Shown one piece after another: positions 54,003 to 64,000 of a stretch of DNA of 64,000 nt. The notes beneath the pieces are model-generated. The model saw only the letters and a program-made list of their open reading frames with translations. It was not told where the DNA came from and ran no database searches. Position 1 is the first letter of the stretch. Every line of letters starts with the position of its first letter. The stretch comes from Octopus vulgaris. Lineage: Eukaryota. The position numbers and the translations under genes are program-made. Where the stretch lies: positions 70,246,001 through 70,310,000 of the forward strand of contig OX597822.1 in assembly GCA_951406725.2 (NCBI GenBank). Direction: 5' to 3'.

Positions 54003-56202
54003 TGTTATATTTTGATAATATTTTCCTAAAAGTCCAAACATGGCCACTACAACTGCATAAATCTCATTTGCAATGACTGGTTGAATCAGTTCTTGTTTCC
54101 CACACACACAGTCAGTGTTAAAGTATATCTTTCATTGTTTAGATTTATTAAAATTTCTGCTTTTCATGCTTGGTGGTGGGTAGCAAGTATCTTTTGTGTG
54201 CTTCAGCTGATTAAAATTTAATTGTGTAGTATTTACATTTAACCCCAATCTCAGGCTAACTTCCTTAAGCTGAGCCAACCAACTAGGAGATATAAATTTA
54301 TTATTGTTCATTTTCTTTTTTTTTTTTTCCCTTAGTTATAGTATTTTCAAACTGGCACATAATACTATAGTGATTTCTTTTATATATAAGCTGGCATGAA
54401 ACACTACAGAGACCAAGTGGGGTGATAGGAGAATGGTTAAAAACAATAGATAAAGCTACTTAAGTTATTTATTACATTTACTCGCCATGTTGCCTACTTT
54501 TTGTTTTGTTTTTTTTTTCCCCCCTTATAGTTTCTCTCTTCCTTTTTCTCTGTCACTATTTCCTTGTCACTTCCTTTTCAACCTACCTCATCTTTTTATT
54601 TAAAAATATATTTATCTTTCTTTGCATCTCACACATTTCTTTATTTATAATTTCTTGTTTTGTATTATTATTTTTCACACGCATTTTTTTTTTTATACAA
54701 TAAAACCTCCTCTTTTATGTTTTTTTTTTGTCTTCCTTATCTCTTTCCTGTTATGATATTTTTATCTTTTCACATTGCTCATCTATCTGTCTTTTCTATT
54801 TTTACTTTATTTTCACCATTTTCTCTTGTAGTTTTATCTGTTTTATTAATTCAATCCTATCATGTTGTTTCACATCTGATTGAAATCACTGTTCTTTTCC
54901 GAAGTGCTTTGCTGCTGTATTCTCTCTTGAAAATTATATTGTCTTTTCATTGAAATAAGTGTTTAATACGATGCAGATAGTACAAAATTTCAGCATTTTA
55001 ACTAAAACTAACTCCATTATCTTTTAGTACCTACTCTATATTGCTGTTATCTTCCTAAATATATTACAGTAGATATTTTTAGCAAACTCTGTCTTCTCTA
55101 TCTTAGCTGCTAGGAAGATGAAGAAAGACATCTCTTATACTTGTAGTCCATGTTTATTCAAGAAGGAACTGTTAGCAACCTAAATATGGATTAAACAACT
55201 GCTTGCTGCTGTACAATAATTCAAGTTGTCAGTATGTCATCTGAAGCAAAATTGAAGCATGTAATCCAGTTTTAGAACAGGAATTAATTCCCCAGTTGAA
55301 TAATCTGTTCAATATTTGTTTATAAAAACATTATGGAGTTTCCTTCTTCCTTTCTTTTATTAATCATTTAGGCATTATCATATTATATATTTTTTTTTTA
55401 TTTTTAACTTCCTGTAAAATGAAAATTTGTTTAATTTTATCTTATGATTTTGTTTATTGTTTTAAATAAGTGTTTAAAAAAGAAATGTTTTCTGTCACAA
55501 TCTTCTTAGTACTTTGATGAATTAATGAAGATTTTCTATCCTGCTGAGCAAGTTACCCATATTTAATTCTTAGTTTATTCATTTCATTTAAAGTTTTTCC
55601 TTTCTTTTATACTTTTCATTGGTTTGATACAGTTTGATGCAAAAGCAAAAGCCAGTAACTTTAGTTGAGCTTTCAAAGGTGAATTTAAAACTAGTGTAGT
55701 AAATAATGATGGTGTTAACCACTATAAGACAGAAATTAGTATATGTCACTGCATGTGCTATTTTCATAAACCAGGCCAGCTATAAGTAGACACATTGACA
55801 GTACCTGAATAGTTGTCTTGCAAATCAACTTATCTATAATTTAATTTCAACTTATTTTCAGGTTTTCTTTCTCATTAAACAGTCTCGCTTTGTTGGAAGC
55901 CAGCCTGTTAGTTATTTATCTTTAATGAGCAATTTTCACTAGATTTTATTCCAAGTTATTTTATCTATATATTTTGTCTCTTGTTCTCAGCATATGGAAA
56001 GTTTAAATTTCTGTTAAAGCTTATTTGCTTATTTTGTTTTTCCTTTTTGTGAGCAAAAGTTATTAACGGCAGGGAGTCTGTCACCTCTTAGTTATAGACT
56101 CTGTAACAATAAACACTGGTCAACATATTGATTTTCTTTAGAGTATACTACCTGAATTATGGTAATAGGAAAATACTGTAGACATGACTTGAGTAGTGTA
56201 TT

Positions 56203-56430
56203 CCTTTTTGATACCAATCTACCTGAGACAGCCTCTGGTTCTGTGATAACTGACTTCATGTTTTAAAGTGGTCTAAATTAAAACCCTTCATTAATATTTT
56301 ATGTTAATTGATGTTCCAAACACCAGGTTTAATAATGACAGTTATTTTACTAAATTCTGTATTGTTTTCAAGATTATTTGAAAGAAAGTGAGTGTAATTT
56401 CACTTGAAATGTAGTAATAAAAGGGTTTTA
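56203..56430. mobile_element. P2 MITE, uninterrupted copy
   Basis: cctttttgataccaatctacctgagac...gttccaaacaccagg...taataaaagggttt; homologous to the 27945-28617 pieces. Confidence 0.7.
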
Positions 56431-57506
56431 AGAAATAAGGAATAATCTATTCAGAGATTCTGGAAAATGTTTAAAAATTTATGGCAAAGATATTTTCTAA
56501 GTTGTGTGTAAAAAGTGTATCGGGGACATTCGAACAACAGATTTGTTGTTAAGACACATTGGTCAGTGTAGTCCTAGATATACATACACACACACAAAGA
56601 AGAAAAAAAAAAGAATGGATATGACAAGGGCATGTTTGATCATGGTTTAGCCTTATTCAACCAGGGCTAGTCTGAGGTTTAACAATAGTAACAACAACAA
56701 CAACAGCAGCAGCAGTAGTGGTCTTTATGGTATTACATCCAGCTTTTATTCATTCAACTGGAGAGACTAAGTTTTGTAAGCAGTATCCAAATTTAGTATC
56801 TAACTACCTTAGCCGCCATTGCTGTCACTTATTGGTTTCAATGATGTTATTATGTCTGATGTAATAAATATCTATCATTCAATTACTAGTTTCAATGATA
56901 TTACCATGTCTGATATAATATATATCTTCTTTATATGTAGCATTAATGATACTAGCTCATATATATATATACACATATATATATATATATATATATAATC
57001 ACTTATTTACTTGTACCAATCATATTATTATGCCTGTTCTAATATTTACATTATTTACTGATCTAAAGGCTACCATGTCTGGTATGGTTGATATCTCTTT
57101 ATTTATTGGTCTCGGTGTCATTGGTAGTTTTTCCTTATTTGCATATTGCTTTCAAACATATTACCATGAATGAAGCAAGGCACCTACTTGTGCTTAGTAG
57201 TTTCAGTGATATTACCATGCCTGATGCTTCTGTGCTCTGATCTCTCATTTATTAAGCTTCAATGATATTACTACTTTGAATGATGCGGGATATCATTTTT
57301 ATTTTGTTGTATTTCAATAATTTAGTTTCTTTGGTTTGAGATGCTGAATAATTTTCGCGTTTAACCTTAATGGTCTCTAATGCTTCATGAATGACATGTC
57401 TACTCGCATCGATCTTTTTTTTTTTCCCTCCTACATACAATAGGTAATTGGTAATTTTCATTACTTTGTTTTTTCAGTCAGCAACATATTCGCTGTTTTA
57501 CCAGTG

Positions 57507-57945
57507 TCTCTTTAATTTAGTAGCCTCTTGTTTGTTTAGTTGCCCCTCTTTGGGACAACAGCTCCTCTTTGGGTTAGCAGCCCCTCTCTGGTTTTGCAAC
57601 CTCTCTCTGAGTTTGCAGCCTCTCTTTTGGGCTCACAGCCCCTCTTTGGGTTAGCAACCTCTCTTTGAGTTAGCAACCTCTCTTTGAGTTAGCAACCTCT
57701 CTTTGAGTTAGCAACGTCTCTTTAGGCCCTCGGCCCCTCTTTGGGTTAGCAACCTCTCTTTGAGTTAGCAGCCTTTCTTCGGATTCACAGCTTCTCTTTG
57801 ATTTTGCAACCTCTCTTTATCAACCTCTCTGGGTTCATAGCTCCCTCTTTAGGTTCGCAACTCCCTCTTTGGGTTCGCAGCCTCTCCTTGGGTTTGCAAC
57901 CACTCCTTGGTTTAGCAGTCTCTCTTTTATTTACTAGTCTCTCTT
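57507..57945. repeat. 19-bp minisatellite (ttagcaacctctctttgag) x about 22
   Basis: Exact 19-nt period at 57650-57715, degenerate flanks. Confidence 0.92.
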
Positions 57946-58749
57946 TTGCTTACCAGCTGCTCCTTGATGTCTTTGACTTACCATTCTCTCCTTTTTGTGG
58001 TAAATTAGCAGTGTTGTTAGAACATCAAACAGAATGCTTCACGGTACTTGTTTCAACTCTGTATCCCAAATTAAAATCCTACTGAAATCAGCTTTGTCTT
58101 TCATCCATTCAGGATTGATTAAAAAAAAAGTGCCAATCTAGCAAGGTGAACTGGTGGCATTCTTAGAGTGTTGGACAGGATCACTTGTCGTATCTGTTCC
58201 TGCTCTGTGCATTTGAGCCCTAAATCTTGCCTCATCGCTATAAAACCCTGACACTTTAGTTGGTAGCTGCAACCAACAAAATAGTATCAACAATTTGAAA
58301 AACAAATGGAAATATAGTTTCCTTTGACGACCACCACCACTCCCCATTCCCCACCCCCTTTCTCTTTTTCTTATTATGTTTAATGTTTCTATGTTCCTGT
58401 CATGTTTTGAACTAGGAAACTTTATGATAATAAAATATCATATAGCACTTTGTGACAACTTTTCAGGTTCAAACCATGTGAAGGGCAGTAGGCTGATGTT
58501 AAAAAAAAAAAAGCATGTTTGATTTTTTTTTTACATTTGCATCAAATAAATTAGAAGTTGTAATGTTTTTTTTTAATGAAGAGTATTAATGACAAGCGAA
58601 GTGATTCTATCAAAGAATATAAATTTATGGTTTTAGTTTACTAGTGTGTGTGTATCTAAGTAATAATAATATTGTTAGAGAAAATGAAAGAATTGTTTAT
58701 TATTATACTTATATACAGGTACATATTACCAATATACTATCAAAAATGT

Positions 58750-58781
<32 letters not shown>

Positions 58782-58792
58782 CATACACATAC

Positions 58793-59046
58793 AAACTGCT
58801 AAGTTACAGGAGCCTAAACACACAAACATCAGTTGTCAAGCAATGGTGGGGGGACAAACACAGACACACATATACATATATACAATGGGCTTCTTTCAGT
58901 TTCTGACTACTGAATCCACTCACAAGGCTTTGGTTGGCCTGAGGTTATAGTAGAAGGCACTTGCCCAAGATGCCATACAGTGGGACTGAACCTGGAACTA
59001 TGTGGTTGGTAAACAAGCTACTTACCACACAGCCACTCCTGCACCT
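58793..59046 (-). mobile_element. Family-D SINE, partial
   Basis: aactgctaagttac...cacacagccactcctgcacct. Confidence 0.85.
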
Positions 59047-59325
59047 AGAAAAATTGTCACCTGCAGTGACAATTAGGTGAAGAGGCACAGTCTACAGCTT
59101 GAATGTAAAATAATGACTGCACAACATCTCACCTATGTACTACAGGTGTAAGAATGTGTCGAAATGATTGTAATGGTTTTAAATAATGTCATTAATTCCA
59201 TTTTCTTTCATTTGTTTATTCATATAAACTCTACAGATACTACTCTATATGATGACATCAGGTTGCCAATAACTTTGGATGAGCTTTGCATAACATACTA
59301 CAAGGTTTTATATATATATATATAT

Positions 59326-59407
<82 letters not shown>

Positions 59408-60089
59408 ATAGTGAGACTTCAGTTTTGTAAGGGACAAGACTTTGACTATTGGCGCTATGATAAAATATTACTAATAAATTCTGCAAATTGTTTAGTGTGA
59501 AGAAAGACATCCATTTGCAGAAACCACACCAAAATTGTGTATGTATGGATGAGGTGTGGTCTCCTGATTCATCTGGGAGGGTAGTGATACTGAATAAGAA
59601 CTGATTTTGACTGCAACTTTGTCCATCTTGTGCCGGCATGGAAAACAGTCTTGTGATAGTGATGGAGGTGCTGTTGGCAGTGGATTCACGGCAGCAGTAT
59701 AGACGTTTATACTATGTTTAAATTCTCATACATCATTTCATTTCTCATGTATCTTAATGTATCTCAATATTTAAATGTTGAGAGCTGCTATATATATACA
59801 TATATATATATATATGTATTTATACATATATATGTATATATATATATCTATAATTCATCTGAAATTATTAATTGCAACTAGAATCAGAAATTATTCATAC
59901 ATGCATCTAGGTGTGTATATGTGTGTATACATACACTTACATGCATGCGCATATATGTATGCGTATTATGTACACATGCACACTGTGACGTATGAATCTT
60001 TGTATAGTTTCTGACTCTGGTTTCAACAACTTATTTAATTGTTTTCGTCATCAATTCAAACAAGTTGCTTGCATTTTGAATGGATTTTC

Positions 60090-60163
<74 letters not shown>

Positions 60164-62762
60164 TAATAATAAGTCTACCTAGATCGTATGTCATAACATA
60201 ACTAACTCTCTGGACAGCAGATAGACTTCAAATGTTGGCTGTTCACTTCATTGCAGTATATTAGTTCTTGTCTCCTGTAAGAAACTAACTGAATAACACT
60301 GTGGCAAGTTCTCAATCAAGAGAAATACAATGCTGTTACTTCACATTGTTTCAGTATGATTTATGAATTCCACTGAGATTAGTAAAGTTAAATTCAGTCA
60401 TTAGTTAGGATTGAACTTATTTCCTTTTTTTTTTTTTTTTGTTTTTTTGTCTTCTTTGTTTTATTAGCTGTATTAGTCAGCATTTTTGTTTGTTTTGTTT
60501 TGTTGGTTTGTCACTCTTTTTTACTTTCTGCTTCTTCTTTTTGTTTTCAATGTATATATCTTTGGAAATATATTCTGATTATCTTTCACCACTCAGCACG
60601 GTTAAGTGAACTTATTTGAATGATAGGTTAATATATAAACGATAGAATGAAGCAAACTGTATCATTTAATTTCCTTTTAGCTTTTGGTTTCATAGTGGCA
60701 GAGAGAGAGAGAGAGAGAGAGAGCTTTAGTCCATTGTCTGCAAATGGATGGACAACTTTTAGGGATATTTTAAAATAATGATAATCTTTCCTCTACTGCT
60801 TAGTTAAGACAAACCCATTATTCTGTGAACTTTCTCTTAAAAAGAAAAAAAAAGAAAAAACAAAACAGCACAAATAGTATGAATGACATTTTAAATTAAA
60901 ACATTATTCAATGCCTATTACCAAAAATATGATAGATTTACCAAAATTCGTATGTTAGATAATAATATAGTGATGTTAGGAAACTCTTCTTAAAGTTGTC
61001 CACTGTATAGTCTATACACTAAATGAAGGACCTAAAAGAGTTTTGGCAAGTGACCATAATGATTTGAATCTACAATTTTGCCATCAGCATTGTCTTTATT
61101 GAATGAAAGTTATGCCAAAATGAATGCTGTCACCATCTTTATTACATTCAGTGTATTTTATAGTCACACACAGTATTTGCCTTTTGGTCTTTAGCTGTTC
61201 TAAACATTTGCAACTAATTAGAGAACAGCCAGCAGACAAGTAACATAGTTAAGGAGAATTAATTAAAAGTACTTTGAATCCACTGAAGGACTGGTTACAT
61301 AACATTATCAATCGCTATTTCTACATACACAGAACTTGTGGTATTGTAAATAGTATTAATATATTCTATAGACACCTGAAATTTATCAAATTATGAGTTT
61401 CTCCAGAATGGCCTAAATTCTTTATGACTTGAATTTTACCAGGTAACAAATATATATTTAAAAGGAAGATTACCCTTGATAGCTTCGTATAAATTGTGTA
61501 GATTATATCATGATACATTCACATTGGGATCAGATTCAAATGTGTTAGGTCAATTTTTCATCATCAAATTTGTCCCTCCAATGTTGGTCACACACATGTG
61601 TGTGTGATTTGTTTCTGATCAACATCTGTGAATACTTAACATCATGGCCAACATTGTGTGAAGGAAAACCTCGCACTGTAGTGTTTTACACATTCATAGT
61701 TCACTTCAAGCCTTTATTGGTTTGTCCATTTTTCACTGGGAGAAAATATATCAAAATTATTTCATTTTTTCTTCTTCTTCTTTCTCTCACGAGTATCTTA
61801 ATACATCTTGAGAGCCTATACCTGTTATGATACTTTTCTAAGCAAAGGGGGAAAAAAATAGAAATAATTCTAATATGCTTGTCTTCCTTTGGTGTAAAAC
61901 AGAGGAGCCAATAATTAATCTGTTTGTGTTGGAGATGTTTGTTTAACATTTCTGTTGTGAGGGTGATGTATTGAGTGTGCAGATATGGGAGTTTATAACA
62001 AACAGACCACTTAAAGAGAAGACAGAACCTATAATGTCATGGGATCATGGCTTATTATCTTACAAGAAATATTGTTTTGACAAATGTATCTTCATATTCA
62101 AGAATGACTATGTTTAACTGGAAATAGTATCCTAGAAGCATTCTCTGGATAAGAACTGGCTGTTCTTAGCTTATCATAGAGTTCTGAGAAACCCCTAAAC
62201 ATTGCTTTAACAGGATGAAAAATCACCTTGAAGATAATCTGTTAAACTTCTGATAACATGAGTTCAAAGTTTGCTACAGCCTCTTGAGAAGTCAAACAAA
62301 ATTAGGATAAGTATTTCTTTATAATAATTATATGCAGTAGCAGGTTTACATTGATTTCTAAGATGGGCACAATTACCCACAAATTTGGTGGTGGTGAGGG
62401 ACTAGGCGGAAGATAGGGTTGACTGTGGCAGGATTTGAACTCAGGACATAAAGAGCTGTAACTAAACTGTTCAAGGCATTTGCCCAATGCTCTGTCAGTT
62501 CTGCTAATCAACAACCTTCGTGTGGTACATAACCAGGTAACATAGTTTACAGTAATACAGTAGGAGAACATATTGGTAAATATTTACAATTGCACAACAC
62601 CTCACGTGATAACTGTTCATTCAAGATGTGTACAGCTCAAGGGTGAAGCTTGTCCTTAAATCAACTGCTCCTTGTTTTTAACCTGAAACCTTGATCCTGA
62701 ACGAGTAATTCTGAATAGTTTTACAACAGAATGGCTTGTTTCACTACTAGTTATGCATGGAG

Positions 62763-62808
<46 letters not shown>

Positions 62809-64000
62809 TGTGTGTGATAAAAATCCTGTAGGGCTGATTGGATCAGCAATGATGGTAATGCTTTGAGTGATGAGAACAACGTTTTCAAGTGATTTACTTT
62901 GTCTAACCCATTTGGAAGTAGTCAACATTTGTATGTTTGACTGGTTTTTAGAAAGGAAGGTCATCTGATCATTAGACAAAGAAGAAAAAAAATCGTTCCA
63001 ACTATTCATATGCAAATATTTACATTTTTAGGACTATCTGCTTTGAGTGTTGAAGATGAGGAGGGGAAAAAACAAAATCTTACTGGTTCTAAGCGAAAAA
63101 GAAAAAAAAGTGCTTCAAGAATTCGTTTTGTGTATTCTAATGTTAAATGATTGGTTTTGGATTCTGTCAAAGACTGCGTGATTGGAATGGAAAGCAAGCA
63201 ATGCCGAGTCTCAATGTTGAGCGGAAGCTGACGAACATTTTGTGGATGAAGAACAACTTCACCCGATAATGTCGCCTGTGTTACATACACATGCACATAC
63301 ACAGAAAGAGATTTTTGGAATATTGAAAACTAACAAAATCTTGAAATGTCCTGATAGTCTGTAGGATTATGATATACAGAGAGGTTTTGTAGCCCTGGTG
63401 AAAAGACAACTAAAAGATACAATTGTATTACAAAGAAATTAATTTACCATGGAGATTCAGATAATTTCTATTGTGCAACGTTCATTTTATCTTTCCTGTA
63501 GTGTATAAAACAGATAAGTAATTCGTCATGAAATGACCAATTTCTCTTTGATGAGATGCTAATCTGAAAGACTCTTTTATTATTGTTAGTTTCTAGTTTC
63601 TTTTATGTAAAGATGTGAAATTCTCTTTGTCTTAGTGCATCTTAGCTTTTATTAAAAGTAGAACAGGAGTCCTAAATATGAAAGACATAGTTTGTTGCAG
63701 AATCTGGTTTATCCTGCTACTCTTTTCCTTCAATGCAATTCTTTCCAAGCCTACTAGATAGACTCTTTTCGATGCTTTCCTTTCTTTTAAAAAATTTTTT
63801 TTTTTGATGTTTCTTTTTTCCCCCCCTTTATTTCGGTGCAAGCATATAAATTTGTGGAATTTGGCATAAGAAATATATTTGCTTTAATTTAGTTTATATT
63901 TGATTTGTAAGTATTTATATCTCCTATCACAAATTTGTCAACTTAAAATAGCTTCAAACACATGACAAGACAAATGCCGTATTGCAGTTGACTTGTCAAA

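Noticed and set aside
60590-60608. Tiny exon cag|CACG|gttaag after a long pyrimidine tract
   Set aside because: Four nucleotides would shift the frame and the donor is weak.

Overview
AT-rich eukaryotic genomic DNA. The dense tRNA-derived SINEs, (CAT/GAT)n-tailed RTE-type 3' ends and (TA)/(TG)/(TATG) microsatellites look like an Octopus/coleoid cephalopod genome; this is inferred from repeat style only. The whole window lies inside one + strand gene encoding a GCK-IV STE20 kinase (MAP4K4/MINK1/TNIK; Drosophila misshapen, C. elegans mig-15). I traced 12 internal GT-AG exons (650-50200) that join in phase, from LVMEFCGAGS through [20 protein letters not shown], the end of the kinase domain and a short linker to DLDLIAAQLN...DGTLVVSEPARP. 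The N-terminus lies upstream and no CNH-domain exon was found in the window. Nearly all ORFs in the supplied track are microsatellite or SINE artefacts. The introns hold many nested transposon insertions, several minisatellites and many inverted repeat pairs. The most notable unexplained structure is a gap-free 72-bp-stem hairpin at 4795-4944 whose mismatches are mostly G-U or A-C on the sense strand. I did not find a demonstrably new biological system; the best leads concern intronic dsRNA (ADAR editing, back-splicing) and alternative splicing. Exon coordinates were counted by hand; repeat boundaries are approximate.
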